A DNA stretch of 64,000 bases. It comes from an uncultured bacterium. GTDB lineage: Bacteria > Acidobacteriota > Thermoanaerobaculia > Multivoradales > JAHZIX01. Both the position numbers and the translations under genes were made by a program. The stretch is taken from positions 42,550 to 106,549 of the forward strand of contig CBDUPA010000022.1 in the NCBI GenBank assembly GCA_965368975.1, given 5' to 3'. Positions within the stretch are counted from its first letter, which is position 1; each line of letters opens with the position of its first letter. Below, piece after piece: positions 23,349 through 34,689 of the stretch. The notes under the pieces are model-generated. The model had not been told where the DNA came from, did not search any database, and saw only the letters and a list, made by a program, of their open reading frames with translations.

Positions 23349-24062
23349 AGCGCCGCCGCGGAACCAGACGTTGAAACGCAGGATCGACCAGATCGCCGCG
23401 AAACCGTCCTTCCAGCCGATCTTCTTGCCCTCGGCGTAGGTGCGTCCGTGGTACGAGATGGGGACCTCGTAGATGCGCGCCCGGCGCTGCGCGAAGCGGG
23501 CGGTGAGCTCGGGCTCGATGCCGAAGCGATTGGAGACCAGCGTCACGCCATCGAGCAACTCACGACGGAACACCTTGTAGCAGGTCTCCATGTCCGACAG
23601 GTTCAGATTGGTGAACATGTTGGACAGCGTGGTCAGGAAGCGGTTGCCCAAGTAGTGCCAGAAGTAGAGCACCCGGTGCGGCCCACCGAGGAAGCGCGAG
23701 CCGAAGACTACGTCCGCGATGTTGTCGTCGATCGGCTGCAGCAGCACCAGGTACTCGCACGGGTCGTATTCCAGGTCGGCGTCCTGGATCAACACCACTT
23801 CGCCGGTGGCGGCCGTGAAGCCGGTGCGCAGCGCCGCGCCCTTGCCCTGGTTGACCTCGTGCTCGATGTAGGTGAAGGCGATGTCGCCCTGCTCCTGCAG
23901 CCGGCGCAGCAGGTCGCGTGTGCCGTCCACGGAACCATCGTCGACCAGGATCAGCTCTTGTTGCCAACCCTTGGGCATGGGGGCTTGTCGCACACGCTCG
24001 AGGATCTCTTCGACGGTGTCGCGCTCGTTGTAGACCGGGATGACGATGGACAGCTTGGACAT
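23346..24062 (-). CDS. Glycosyltransferase family 2 (DPM1-like)
   Basis: [37 protein letters not shown]. Confidence 0.93.
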   Translation of the reverse strand: MSKLSIVIPVYNERDTVEEILERVRQAPMPKGWQQELILVDDGSVDGTRDLLRRLQEQGDIAFTYIEHEVNQGKGAALRTGFTAATGEVVLIQDADLEYDPCEYLVLLQPIDDNIADVVFGSRFLGGPHRVLYFWHYLGNRFLTTLSNMFTNLNLSDMETCYKVFRRELLDGVTLVSNRFGIEPELTARFAQRRARIYEVPISYHGRTYAEGKKIGWKDGFAAIWSILRFNVWFRGGA

Positions 24063-24190
24063 AATGAATTTACCGGGGACGTGGCCGGATGCTACTGACG
24101 CCTCCGAGCGAAGTCAAACCGTACTCAGTACCTATTCAGTACCGGCAGCGGCGGCCGTGACGCCCTGTGAACAAACACTGAGACGCCTGC

Positions 24191-24219
24191 TTGACGGTGC
24201 CGGATGTTTGGGCTAGCCT
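24191..24219 (+). promoter_or_regulatory. Probable sigma70 promoter of recA
   Basis: TTGACG-N17-TAGCCT. Confidence 0.5.
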
Positions 24220-24315
24220 CCAAGGCATTCCCGTCTTGTTCCCGCCCCTCCGGCCCCGGCGTCGAGAGGCCTTCCGCGGACGAGACAGCACCATTCTGAA
24301 GGAGTCCCCACTCTC

Positions 24316-25374
<1,059 letters not shown>

Positions 25375-25403
25375 TTGCGGAGGCTGAGAAGCCCTCTCCC
25401 GGT

Positions 25404-25430
25404 CCCCTCTTCCGTGCAACGGAAGAGGGG
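25404..25430 (+). terminator. Hairpin after recA (no clear U tract)
   Basis: CCCCTCTTCCGT-GCA-ACGGAAGAGGGG perfect 12-bp stem. Confidence 0.55.
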
Positions 25431-25460
25431 CGCTCGACCTGCTAGAATCCCCGGCACATC

Positions 25461-27479
25461 ATGAGAAACCTTCGAGCGCGTTGCTTCCTCGCCCTGCTGG
25501 GTGCCGTACTTCTCACGCTTCCTGCGCTGGCCCAGCCCGCCCAGTCCTTCGAGCCTCCCCAGCCCACCCAGGCCAGCCAGTCCCCCCAGGCCAGCCAGCC
25601 TACCCAGCCCCTCGACCTCGGCGTCGAAGCCAAGGGCGCTGTCCTCGCCGGAGCACAGCTGCACCTCACCGTCAGCGCCAGCCGCCCGGCCGAGGTCGAA
25701 GTGCTGGTTGACGGCACGCCCAAGGGCACCTTCTCGCTCGCCGCCGGTGCCAACGACCTGCAGGTCGAGGACGCGCGGCCGAGTGCCGGTGAGCACGAAA
25801 TCGTCGTGCGATCCGTGGCTTCGGCGGGTGGTAGCACGGAGGCGTTGACCACCGTCAGCACCCTGCCCGGCTGGATCTCCATCCTGCCGCCGCTGGTCGC
25901 CATCGCGCTGGCGCTGATCTTCAAGGAAGTGCTGGTCGCGCTCTTCGCCGGGGTGTTTCTGGGCGCACTGGCGCTCTTCGGTTGGGACCCCTTCGCCGCC
26001 TTCGGCCGTCTCGTCGACCTCTTCGTCAGTAACGCGCTGGCCGACGGGGACCACGCCAAGATCCTGATCTTCTCGACGTTGCTCGGTGGCATGGCGGCCG
26101 TCATGAGCCGTAGTGGTGGCACCCGCGGCATCGTCGAGTTGCTGCGACCGCTGGCCACCAACCCACAACGCGGGCAACTGGCCACCTGGGCGATGGGCGT
26201 GATGATCTTCTTCGACGACTACGCCAACACCCTGATCGTCGGCAACACCATGCGGCCGGTGACCGACCGCCTCAAGATCAGCCGCGAAAAGCTCGCCTAC
26301 ATCGTCGACTCCACCGCTGCCCCGGTTGCTAGCGTCTTTCCGATCTCCACCTGGATCGGCTTCGAAGTCGGCCTGATCGCGGGTGCTTTCGCGACGCTCG
26401 ATCTCAGCTTCGACGCCTACGGGATCTTCCTGGAGTCGATCCCCTACCGCTTCTATCCCATCCTGGCGCTCGTGCTCGGCTTCACCATCGCCGCCAGCCG
26501 TCGTGACTTCGGTCCCATGCTGCACGCCGAGCGTCGTGCCGCCCGGCACGGCAAGGTGATCGGCGACGGTGACACGCCCTTGGCCTCCTACAGCGGTGAC
26601 GTCTTGGAGCCACCCGACGGCAAGCCCCACCTGGCGCGCAACGCCTTGGTGCCGATCCTCACCGTCATCGGCGTCACCCTGCTCGGCCTCTATCGCACCG
26701 GCGCCGCCGCGCTCGATCCGGCCGACTACGCCGACAAGAGCACCTTCCGCTGGGTCAGTGATGTTTTCTCCAACTCCAGCAGCTACGATGTCCTGCTGTG
26801 GGCCAGCCTGAGCGGCGCCCTGGTGGCATTGCTGCTGCCGCTGTTCGGCAAGGTGCTCAGCCTCAAGCAGGGTCTCGACGCGTTGGTCGAAGGCTTCAAG
26901 TCGATGTTGCTGGCCGTCGTCGTGCTGCTGCTCGCCTGGTCGATCGGCGACGTCTGCGACCAGTTGCACACCGCCGACTTCCTGGTCGACCTCACCCGCG
27001 GCGTTCTGTCTCCGGTCGCGCTACCGATCCTCGTCTTCCTGATCTCGGCCGCCGTCGCCTTCGCCACCGGCACCAGCTGGGCCACCATGAGCATCCTGAT
27101 CCCGCTGGTGATCCCGATGCTGCACGCGCTGGCCCTCGACGCTGGTTATGTGGTCGGCGAGGCCGGCTACATGAACCTGCTGCTCGGCACTGTTTCGTCA
27201 GTGCTCGCGGGTAGTGTCTGGGGCGATCACTGCTCGCCCATCTCGGACACCACCATCCTCTCCAGCATGGGCTCCGGCTGCGACCACATCGCCCATGTCC
27301 GAACCCAGCTACCGTATGCCCTCAGCGTCGGCGTGCTCGGCATGCTGATCGGCGATCTGCCGGCCGCCTTCGGTCTCAGCCCCTGGATCTCACTGCTGAT
27401 CGGCATCGTGGTGATCGTCGCGGTGGTGCGCATCCTGGGCAAGCCGAGTTCCGGCGAGAGCGAGCCCGAAGCCGCTTGA
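25461..27479 (+). CDS. NhaC-family Na+/H+ antiporter with an N-terminal exported extension
   Basis: FFDDYAN, ISREKLAYIVDSTAAP, FATGTSW, GDHCSPISDTT. Confidence 0.9.
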   Translation: MRNLRARCFLALLGAVLLTLPALAQPAQSFEPPQPTQASQSPQASQPTQPLDLGVEAKGAVLAGAQLHLTVSASRPAEVEVLVDGTPKGTFSLAAGANDLQVEDARPSAGEHEIVVRSVASAGGSTEALTTVSTLPGWISILPPLVAIALALIFKEVLVALFAGVFLGALALFGWDPFAAFGRLVDLFVSNALADGDHAKILIFSTLLGGMAAVMSRSGGTRGIVELLRPLATNPQRGQLATWAMGVMIFFDDYANTLIVGNTMRPVTDRLKISREKLAYIVDSTAAPVASVFPISTWIGFEVGLIAGAFATLDLSFDAYGIFLESIPYRFYPILALVLGFTIAASRRDFGPMLHAERRAARHGKVIGDGDTPLASYSGDVLEPPDGKPHLARNALVPILTVIGVTLLGLYRTGAAALDPADYADKSTFRWVSDVFSNSSSYDVLLWASLSGALVALLLPLFGKVLSLKQGLDALVEGFKSMLLAVVVLLLAWSIGDVCDQLHTADFLVDLTRGVLSPVALPILVFLISAAVAFATGTSWATMSILIPLVIPMLHALALDAGYVVGEAGYMNLLLGTVSSVLAGSVWGDHCSPISDTTILSSMGSGCDHIAHVRTQLPYALSVGVLGMLIGDLPAAFGLSPWISLLIGIVVIVAVVRILGKPSSGESEPEAA

Positions 27480-27542
27480 CTGCGGGCTGGACGGATTCTG
27501 TCCAGCTCGCTTGCCCATCTTGCCCGTCATTGAGCAGCGCCG

Positions 27543-28460
27543 TCAGGCGGAGCGGCGGTAGGCGCCGGGCCCGACGCCGTACGTCTTCTTGAACGCGCGG
27601 TGGAAGGCGGCTTCACTGTGATACCCCACTGTGGCGGCGATCATGCCCGTACTCTGATCGCTACGCAGCAGCTCCCGGGCGTGGCGCATCCGCAGCTGTG
27701 TCAGGTACTGCATGGGCGTGGACGTCATGAGTTCGTGGAACTTCATGGCAAAGGCTGTGCGCGACATCGCGGCTTCTTGGGCCAGTGCCTCGACTGTCCA
27801 GGCGTTCCCGGGGTCCTTGTGCATGGCCTGTAGGCCACGGCCGACTTGCGGGTGCGCGATCGCGGAGAGGACGGGTACCGCGGCACCGGCGTGATCGGCA
27901 TAGTGACGGATCACCTGGATGAAGAGAATCTCCGACAGGCGGCGGGAGATGGCGTTCGAACCAGGTCGCCCAGAGCCAGCCTCTTGGCTGATGAAGCGCG
28001 TCAGGTTGTCGATCCAGCTGAAGTCGTAGCTGGAGGTTGCTCTGACCGTGATCAGGCCCGGCAGTGCCTGCAGTAACGGGTGCGTCGCGTCCTTGTCGAA
28101 TCCAAAGTACCCGCACACCATCCGCGTAGCCGGACCTTCGCCTCCCCAACGCAAGCAGCCGTCGTCACTCAGCGTGCCCTCGTCGAGAACCTCTGACAGC
28201 GGTCGCGGTGGCGCATCGACATGGGACCTCAGCCAGTGGCCGTTACCGTGAGGGATCAGAACCAGGTCTCCCTTGCTCAGCACGTCCGTGTCGCCGGTGT
28301 CCGGCACGGTGACGTGGCACGGGCCCTGGACGATGACGTGGAAGCGACAGACGTTGCTGTCCGCTGGGACGTCGATCGACCAGGGTGCACCATAGACGGT
28401 GCAGAAGTAGAGGCTTCCCTGCATTTCGAGGTGGTCGAGAATGTCACTCAGAACGTCCAT
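27543..28460 (-). CDS. AraC-family regulator with a cupin domain (RclR-like)
   Basis: MDVLSDIL...FHVIVQG...WTVEALAQEAAMSRTAF...VGYHSEAAFHRAFKK. Confidence 0.9.
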   Translation of the reverse strand: MDVLSDILDHLEMQGSLYFCTVYGAPWSIDVPADSNVCRFHVIVQGPCHVTVPDTGDTDVLSKGDLVLIPHGNGHWLRSHVDAPPRPLSEVLDEGTLSDDGCLRWGGEGPATRMVCGYFGFDKDATHPLLQALPGLITVRATSSYDFSWIDNLTRFISQEAGSGRPGSNAISRRLSEILFIQVIRHYADHAGAAVPVLSAIAHPQVGRGLQAMHKDPGNAWTVEALAQEAAMSRTAFAMKFHELMTSTPMQYLTQLRMRHARELLRSDQSTGMIAATVGYHSEAAFHRAFKKTYGVGPGAYRRSA

Positions 28461-28647
28461 GGTCGAGATTCTATACCATTCCAATTCGGAGTGAGAAACT
28501 GAACGGTGAAGCAAGAATACTGCATTCATGAGCATTCATCATTCTGAATGAGTGCGGGATAGTTCTCTTCGCCGGGGCCGCACAGGTTCCGGCCCAGAAA
28601 CCAGGCCGGCTGGTGCTACAGCAGGCCGTTCCAAGGAGAACAGAAGC

Positions 28648-29166
28648 ATGTCCAAGAACCTCGTCGGATCGTTCATCGTGCTTGTCTTGCTATGTGCGGG
28701 TGTCCTGGGTTCCGCCCCGGCCGTCCACGCTGCCGGTCCGCAGCACGCGCTCAACCTGTCAGCGGGCCTCACCGCCAAAGGAGCGCCACTAGCGCTGCGC
28801 GGGTATGACCCCGTCTCGTACTTCGTTCACCAGGAGCCGCAGCTCGGTACCGCTGACCACTCCGTGCAGTACCAAGGTGCCACCTACCGCTTCGCATCCA
28901 GGGAGAACCTGCGCCGCTTCGAGCAGAGCCCTGAGCGCTACTTGCCGCAGTACGGCGGCTTCTGTGCCTATGGCGTGTCGGTCGGTGCCAAGTTCGACGG
29001 TGATCCCCTCGTCTGGCGGGTGGTCGATGGCAAGCTCTACCTGAACCTCAACAACGACATCCAGCAGGCCTGGAATGCTGACGTCGCCGGCGCTATCGGC
29101 AAGGCCGACGGCAACTGGCCGAAGATCCGCGACGCTGCGCCGGAAACGCTGAAGCCACAAGGCTGA
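28648..29166 (+). CDS. Exported YHS-domain protein
   Basis: Signal peptide; GYDPVSYF, YRFASREN, PQYGGFCAYG; AAGGAG RBS. Confidence 0.85.
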   Translation: MSKNLVGSFIVLVLLCAGVLGSAPAVHAAGPQHALNLSAGLTAKGAPLALRGYDPVSYFVHQEPQLGTADHSVQYQGATYRFASRENLRRFEQSPERYLPQYGGFCAYGVSVGAKFDGDPLVWRVVDGKLYLNLNNDIQQAWNADVAGAIGKADGNWPKIRDAAPETLKPQG

Positions 29167-29265
29167 ATGCCCGCCCCCGTGGTGACCTGACCAGGTCACC
29201 ACTTCCATTTCCAAAACATCGACACTTCGAAATACCTGGCTCCTGGTGAGCCGAAAGGAATCTCT

Positions 29266-31857
29266 ATGTCCGTTCGAAACCTCATTTCAACCTTGGTGCT
29301 GGCAACGGGACTGCTGGTGGTCAGCACTGCACCGGCCGCAGAGCGATCTCTGAGCAAGGAGCCGCCGGCCAGTACCCACGAGATCCTCAGCGAGGACGCC
29401 AACGGTGTTCCAACCTTCGTCCGCGGCGCGCTCGGCTTACTGGACCCGGCTGGTCAGCGCGCCGTCGAAGGCGAGGCCTTCCTACAAGCCTATTCGCAGG
29501 AGATGCTCGGCGCGACCGGCATCGAGAGCTACCAGTTGCGTAAGGAAGTGCAGGACGCCGAAGGCCTCGTTCATCTGCGCTACGACCAGCGCCTGCATGG
29601 GTTGCGAGCCGTCGGCGCTCAGCTGATCGTGCACGCGGATGCCGTGACCGGCGAAGTCTACGCGGTGAACGGCCACTTCGCCTCCTCCGGCGATCAGAGC
29701 GCCAACGCCAAGCTCATGGCCACCGATGCCTTGGGCCGTGCGCTCGAGAAGGCGGGCCTGAGCGGTGGAGAGTTGCAGGGTACGCCCGAGCTGGTCTACG
29801 TTCATACGACTTCCAATTCCTGGCGTCTCGCCTGGCGTGGACGCTACCTGTTCACGTCCGGTACTGAGGCCGAAGGCACCCAGAGTCTGGACGACATCTT
29901 CGCCGACGCCTCCAGCGGCGCCCTGCTGGCGATCCACCCACTATTTCACGACGTCAAGAGCTGGCAGACTTACCGATCCTTCCGCGAGTCGGCGGATGAT
30001 TTCCCGGACCCATTCGGTCCCTGGTTGCTGCCGGGGCAGCTGTTGTGCACGGACGATCAGTCGTGCAGTGACGCTATCGCACAGGCGACGCACGACAACG
30101 TCAGTACCTCTTACGACTACTACTACCAGGTGCACGGTCGTGATTCCTACGACAATGCTGGTGCCACGATCCGGTTCAGTGTCGGGTTCGGGTTTGACCC
30201 GTTTGCTGCTTTCTGGCGTCCAGACTTGCAGCAGGTCGTGTTCGGAGACGGTGATTCGCCCGTGCACACTCTGTGGAATCCCTTTGGCCTAGCGCTCGAT
30301 ATCGTGGCCCACGAACTGACCCACGCGGTGACCGAGAACGAGTCGGCCTTGATCTACTTCGGTGAGTCCGGTGCGCTCAACGAGAGTCTGTCGGACATCT
30401 TCGCGGCGAGCATCGAGGCCTGGGACGAAGGTGGCAACCCGACGATCTACCTCCTGGCTGAGGATGTCTTCACGCCTCCGATCTCCGGAGATGCTCTGCG
30501 TTACATGAGTGATCCGGAGCTGGATCGTTTCAACTTCCTCGCCGATCCCGAGAGCGAGAACTACTCGCGTGACTTCTATCCAGATCGCTTCCAGGGAGCT
30601 GGCGACAATGGTGGCGTCCACTTCAACTCCGGCATCTCCAATCTCGCCTTCTACCTGCTGGCGGAGGGGGGATCCCATCCGCGAGGCAAGAGTGCGGTGC
30701 AGGTGCCGGCGTTGTCCATGACCACCGCGGCGCGCATCTTCTACCGTGCCCAGACCACCTACCTTGCCCCGTCGTCGACCTTCGAGGATGCACGCTTCGC
30801 CACGGCCCAGGCAGCCGAAGATCTCTTCGGTACTGGCAGTCCGCAGGTCGAGGCCGTGCACGACGCCTGGTGTGCCGTCGGTGTTCCCGGATGTGCGACG
30901 GATGCCGAGCCCCCGACCGTCAGCTTCCAGGCCAGTTGCACGGGCTTGACCTGTGCCTTCACCACGGCCCAAACCGGCGGAACTTCCACAGTCACCGGCT
31001 TCACTTGGACCTTCCCCGGCGGTGCGACCGCCTCCGGTGCCAACCCGAGCTTCTTCTTCCCGGGCTACGGCACCTATAGCGTGACCGTCGATGTCGTCGA
31101 TGCTGCCGGTCAGGCGGGTTCGTCCACCGATACCGTGACGGTGACGCCGCCGACGGGGACCATCGATCCCAAGATCGGCAACTGGTACAACCCACAGCGC
31201 AACGGTAACGGCATTGATGTGTGGCGTACCAGTGACGGTCGCTACGGACTTGCCTGGTACACCTATGAGGTCGATGGCACACCGATCTGGTACCAGAGTG
31301 ATGTGGTCGCCAAGACCGCCGTGAGCTGGCAGGCGACACTCAAGCAGGCCACGTGGGATGGCACCTCCGCCACCCTGACTGCCGTCGGTTCCGTCCGTCT
31401 CGATCTCTCGAATCCCAACGAAGCCTGGTTCTCCTGGACGCTCAATGGCGAGTCTGGCGGAGAACGCCTTGAGTTCCTTTTCGGCGGTGGTGGTCGCGAC
31501 GGAGCCTGGTACGCACCGTCAGAACCCGGTTGGGGGATCGAGGTCGCCGAGCAGAGCGGTACCCTCGGAGCCGCGGTCACCTTCTATGAAGGCGGCCAGC
31601 CGCGCTGGGTCAGTGGCAGTGCGGCGGCTGGTTCGGACGTTACGGTGCCGCTGTCCTGGCGCACCGGCACGGGTCTTTGCCCATCCTGCACCGGCGGGGG
31701 CACGACGCCACCGGCGAGTGTACCCGCGGGCAGCGTGCAGCTGCAGATCGCCGGCAGCGCCTCGACCACCGGTACCGCGACCACGAGCGTCATCACGCCC
31801 AGTGGTGCCACCTGGAATCGTGGTCCCGTCGCGATCCAGTTGCTGACCGCGCCCTGA
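29266..31857 (+). CDS. Secreted M4 (thermolysin-family) metallopeptidase with propeptide, PKD domain and a C-terminal repeat domain
   Basis: DIVAHELTH...GALNESLSD...DNGGVHFNSGI; FTWTFPGG PKD; GNWYNP/GAWYAP repeats. Confidence 0.92.
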   Translation: MSVRNLISTLVLATGLLVVSTAPAAERSLSKEPPASTHEILSEDANGVPTFVRGALGLLDPAGQRAVEGEAFLQAYSQEMLGATGIESYQLRKEVQDAEGLVHLRYDQRLHGLRAVGAQLIVHADAVTGEVYAVNGHFASSGDQSANAKLMATDALGRALEKAGLSGGELQGTPELVYVHTTSNSWRLAWRGRYLFTSGTEAEGTQSLDDIFADASSGALLAIHPLFHDVKSWQTYRSFRESADDFPDPFGPWLLPGQLLCTDDQSCSDAIAQATHDNVSTSYDYYYQVHGRDSYDNAGATIRFSVGFGFDPFAAFWRPDLQQVVFGDGDSPVHTLWNPFGLALDIVAHELTHAVTENESALIYFGESGALNESLSDIFAASIEAWDEGGNPTIYLLAEDVFTPPISGDALRYMSDPELDRFNFLADPESENYSRDFYPDRFQGAGDNGGVHFNSGISNLAFYLLAEGGSHPRGKSAVQVPALSMTTAARIFYRAQTTYLAPSSTFEDARFATAQAAEDLFGTGSPQVEAVHDAWCAVGVPGCATDAEPPTVSFQASCTGLTCAFTTAQTGGTSTVTGFTWTFPGGATASGANPSFFFPGYGTYSVTVDVVDAAGQAGSSTDTVTVTPPTGTIDPKIGNWYNPQRNGNGIDVWRTSDGRYGLAWYTYEVDGTPIWYQSDVVAKTAVSWQATLKQATWDGTSATLTAVGSVRLDLSNPNEAWFSWTLNGESGGERLEFLFGGGGRDGAWYAPSEPGWGIEVAEQSGTLGAAVTFYEGGQPRWVSGSAAAGSDVTVPLSWRTGTGLCPSCTGGGTTPPASVPAGSVQLQIAGSASTTGTATTSVITPSGATWNRGPVAIQLLTAP

Positions 31858-31882
31858 GTCTCGAACGAAGGCCGGTTGAATT

Positions 31883-31922
31883 GGGGCGGAGCCCAGGGAG
31901 TCCTCTTGCTGGGTTCCGTCCC
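31883..31922 (+). terminator. Hairpin after the M4 peptidase gene
   Basis: GGGGCGGAGCCCAG...CTGGGTTCCGTCCC stem with G-U pairs. Confidence 0.45.
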
Positions 31923-32034
31923 TACCAGGCGGATTGTCGTGACGGGTCAAAACAATGGCGTTGACCGTCAAGACGTGGGCATGGGGTTTCGGCACACTGA
32001 GCTTGCTTTCAACAACTCTCGAAAGGAGCAAGCC

Positions 32035-32529
32035 ATGAACCACCCAGACAGCCGTAACCACCGGAGCCTGGAGGAACGTCGCATGAGACCTCGATCCGTC
32101 TTCGTCTACCTTCTACTGGCGGGACTTTTGCTCCTGGGAATCGGGGTCGGTATCTTGGTCATGCCCCAGGCCTTCTTTGCCAGCAACGGCATCACCCTTG
32201 CCGAGGATCCCAGCCTGCTGTCAGAAGTGCGGGCTCCCGGTGGCATGCTCACCGCCTGCGCTCTGGTCCTCCTCTTTGCGGCTTTCCGCCCGGCGCGAGA
32301 GGATGTACGACTGCTCGCGCTTCGGCTCACGGTCCTGGTCTACGGTTCCTTCGGCCTCGCACGCCTGCTCGGCATGGCTCTCGACGGCATTCCCGCCAGC
32401 GGTGTCGTTGCAGCAGCCGTGATCGAGTTGGTCGTGGCGGGGCTCGGTTTGGTGCTGCTGTCTCGGCAGGTCGTCGTCAAAGCTCGCCGCAACGGTACGA
32501 CCGCGGAGTCAGTCCCGTCCAGCGCTTGA
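32035..32529 (+). CDS. DUF4345-family membrane protein (alternative start 32083)
   Basis: LLSEVRAPGG...YGSFGLARLLGMALDGIP; 4 TM segments. Confidence 0.75.
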   Translation: MNHPDSRNHRSLEERRMRPRSVFVYLLLAGLLLLGIGVGILVMPQAFFASNGITLAEDPSLLSEVRAPGGMLTACALVLLFAAFRPAREDVRLLALRLTVLVYGSFGLARLLGMALDGIPASGVVAAAVIELVVAGLGLVLLSRQVVVKARRNGTTAESVPSSA

Positions 32530-32602
32530 AGCCGAGGTTCCGGGTGCTTTGCTCTTCGTGCCCCGGCTTCGATAGGTTAGGGGCCAGAATGAGAGGTCGA
32601 GC

Positions 32603-33082
32603 GTGAATCCCGGATCCGTGGTTGCACTGGTTCCCTTGGCGGGGATCCTGCTGATTTCCGGACTCTTGGTCTACGGTCGGCCGCCCCGCGCATGGAAAAC
32701 CAGTAGCCATGAGCGGTTGATTGTCTGGGCTCTACTCGCCGTCGCGGTGCAGTGCCTCCACTTCGTCGAGGAGTTCGTGACCGGCTTCTACGTCCACTAC
32801 CCGCGACTCCTCGGCCTCGACCCGTGGACCCCGTCCTTCTTCGTCGCCTTCAATCTTGGCTGGATCGCGATTTGGTGCTTGGCCGTGGCAGGCTTGCAGC
32901 GAGAGATGCGTGTTGCGCTCGTACCGATCTGGTTCCTGGCACTGGCGTCAGTAGTCAATGCGGTGGCGCATCCGGGAATGGCGGTGGCGGTTGAGGGGTA
33001 CTTTCCGGGGTTGTGGACGTCGCCGGTGTGCGGGGTGGTGGGAGTGGTGTTGGTGCTGCAGCTAAGGGCAGTGGCTGAGTAG
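32603..33082 (+). CDS. HXXEE-domain membrane protein
   Basis: LHFVEE motif, NAVAH, YFPGLWTS. Confidence 0.75.
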   Translation: MNPGSVVALVPLAGILLISGLLVYGRPPRAWKTSSHERLIVWALLAVAVQCLHFVEEFVTGFYVHYPRLLGLDPWTPSFFVAFNLGWIAIWCLAVAGLQREMRVALVPIWFLALASVVNAVAHPGMAVAVEGYFPGLWTSPVCGVVGVVLVLQLRAVAE

Positions 33083-33103
33083 TTACCGGATTGGGATTTC
33101 GAC

Positions 33104-33131
33104 GGTCTTTTTTCTGGTCTATAATTTGGTC
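33104..33131 (+). promoter_or_regulatory. TA promoter: -10 flanked by three GGTC direct repeats at a 12-bp period
   Basis: GGTC at 33104, 33116 and 33128; TATAAT at 33120-33125. Confidence 0.55.
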
Positions 33132-33145
33132 GAGGAGAGCTATCC

Positions 33146-33412
33146 ATGGTCACCAAGCCTTTGTCCGACGTCAAGACGCACTTGCCACAGATTCTCAACG
33201 AAGTCGAGTCCTTCGGAGAAGGGATTTTGGTTACCCGCTCGGGTCGACCAGCAGGTGTCATCTTGTCCGTGGATGAGTACGAGGGATTGATCGAAACGCT
33301 GGAGATCCTGTCGGATCCAGAACTCGCGCAGAGTGTCCGCCGAGGCATTGCGCAGGCCGAAGCGGGCGAGGTGATCTCGCACGAGGATCTGTGGCGTGAG
33401 CTGGAGGGTTGA
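33146..33412 (+). CDS. Phd/YefM-family antitoxin
   Basis: LSDVKTHLPQILNEV...ILVTRSGRPAGVILSVDEYEGLIETLEIL. Confidence 0.9.
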   Translation: MVTKPLSDVKTHLPQILNEVESFGEGILVTRSGRPAGVILSVDEYEGLIETLEILSDPELAQSVRRGIAQAEAGEVISHEDLWRELEG

Positions 33413-33674
33413 CTATTCGCCAGAGGCGGTTCGAGCCATCCGCAAGCTCGATCCACAGATTCGCCGGAGAGTTCGAAAAGGTATAGAACAGCTACAGGTC
33501 GAGCCGCTGCGCGGAAAGCCACTACAGTTCGAGTTCAAGGGGCTGCGCTCTTGGCGAACCGGGGATTTTCGGATTGTGTATTCCGTTCAAGATCATGTGC
33601 TTCGAATTTTGATTGTCACGGTGGGGCACCGTCGAGAGGTGTACCAGAAGCTGCGGACAAAGTTGCGGAGCTAA
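33396..33674 (+). CDS. RelE/ParE-family toxin
   Basis: GKPLQFEFKGLRSWRTGDFRIVY...VGHRREVY; overlaps the antitoxin. Confidence 0.9.
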   Translation: MSWRVDYSPEAVRAIRKLDPQIRRRVRKGIEQLQVEPLRGKPLQFEFKGLRSWRTGDFRIVYSVQDHVLRILIVTVGHRREVYQKLRTKLRS

Positions 33675-33693
33675 GACCGAGGAGATTCTGGTG

Positions 33694-34608
33694 ATGGCGA
33701 TTCCTACGTATCAAGAGTTGATGCTGCCTCTGTTGCGTCTGTCAGGAGATGGCAAAGTTCATGGGCTCCGAGACGCAATCATCTGGCTCGCAAACGAGTT
33801 CGCGCTTTCTCCGGAAGAGCGTCGACTGCGTCTACCGAGTGGTGAGAAGACAGTTCTTGGGAACCGGGCAGGTTGGGCCCGAACCCACCTCAAGAATGCA
33901 GGGCTTCTTGCTTATCCTGCTCAAGGTCAGTTGGTAATCACCGATCGTGGCCGGAAAGTGCTCGCCAAGGATCCGAAGAAAGTCGACAACCAATTACTGA
34001 GTCAGTTTCCTGAGTATCGTGCGTTCATGTCTCGCAATTCAGATGTGGACCCCAATGCAGGTACTTCCGAGGTTACGAGATCTGAGACCCAAACTCCGGA
34101 GGAGGAAATGGAGGCTGCATTTCAATCCCTTCGTGAAGGGCTGGCGGCAGACTTGCTGCAGGCTGTCAAGGATGGATCTCCAGCGTTCTTCGAGTCTTTG
34201 GTTGTCGATCTCTTGGTAAAGATGGGCTACGGCGGAACCCGAAAAGACGCCGGTGAAGCTATCGGCGGCAATGATGACGAGGGTATCGATGGAACTATCA
34301 AGGAGGATCGGCTGGGATTAGATGTCATCTATTTACAAGCTAAGCGTTGGGAGGGGGCTGTTGGTAGGCCCGAGGTCCAGAAGTTTGCAGGTGCGCTTCA
34401 AGGACAGAAAGCCAAGAAGGGTGTCTTCTTGACGACTTCCAGATTCACTCAAGGGGCTCAGGACTATGTAAGGCACCTGGATTCCAAGATCATTCTGATC
34501 GATGGTCGGCGGCTGACGGAGTTGATGATCGACTTCGGAGTTGGAGTAACGACTGTCCAGACATACGAGCTCAAGAGCGTCGACTCAGACTACTTCGCGG
34601 AAGGTTGA
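33694..34608 (+). CDS. mrr: Mrr type IV restriction endonuclease
   Basis: Mrr_N (IPTYQELMLPLL...NRAGWARTHL); DEGIDG...YLQAKRW, FLTTSRF, LIDG. Confidence 0.93.
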   Translation: MAIPTYQELMLPLLRLSGDGKVHGLRDAIIWLANEFALSPEERRLRLPSGEKTVLGNRAGWARTHLKNAGLLAYPAQGQLVITDRGRKVLAKDPKKVDNQLLSQFPEYRAFMSRNSDVDPNAGTSEVTRSETQTPEEEMEAAFQSLREGLAADLLQAVKDGSPAFFESLVVDLLVKMGYGGTRKDAGEAIGGNDDEGIDGTIKEDRLGLDVIYLQAKRWEGAVGRPEVQKFAGALQGQKAKKGVFLTTSRFTQGAQDYVRHLDSKIILIDGRRLTELMIDFGVGVTTVQTYELKSVDSDYFAEG

Positions 34609-34689
34609 GCAGGCTTAAAGAAGGCTGCGATGACAGTACATATCCGTGGTTAGAGTTTCTGAGAGACTGGATGTTGGAAGGGAGAGATT

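Noticed and set aside
28648-29166. YHS selenoprotein
   Set aside because: The GGFC position is TGT (Cys); no in-frame TGA
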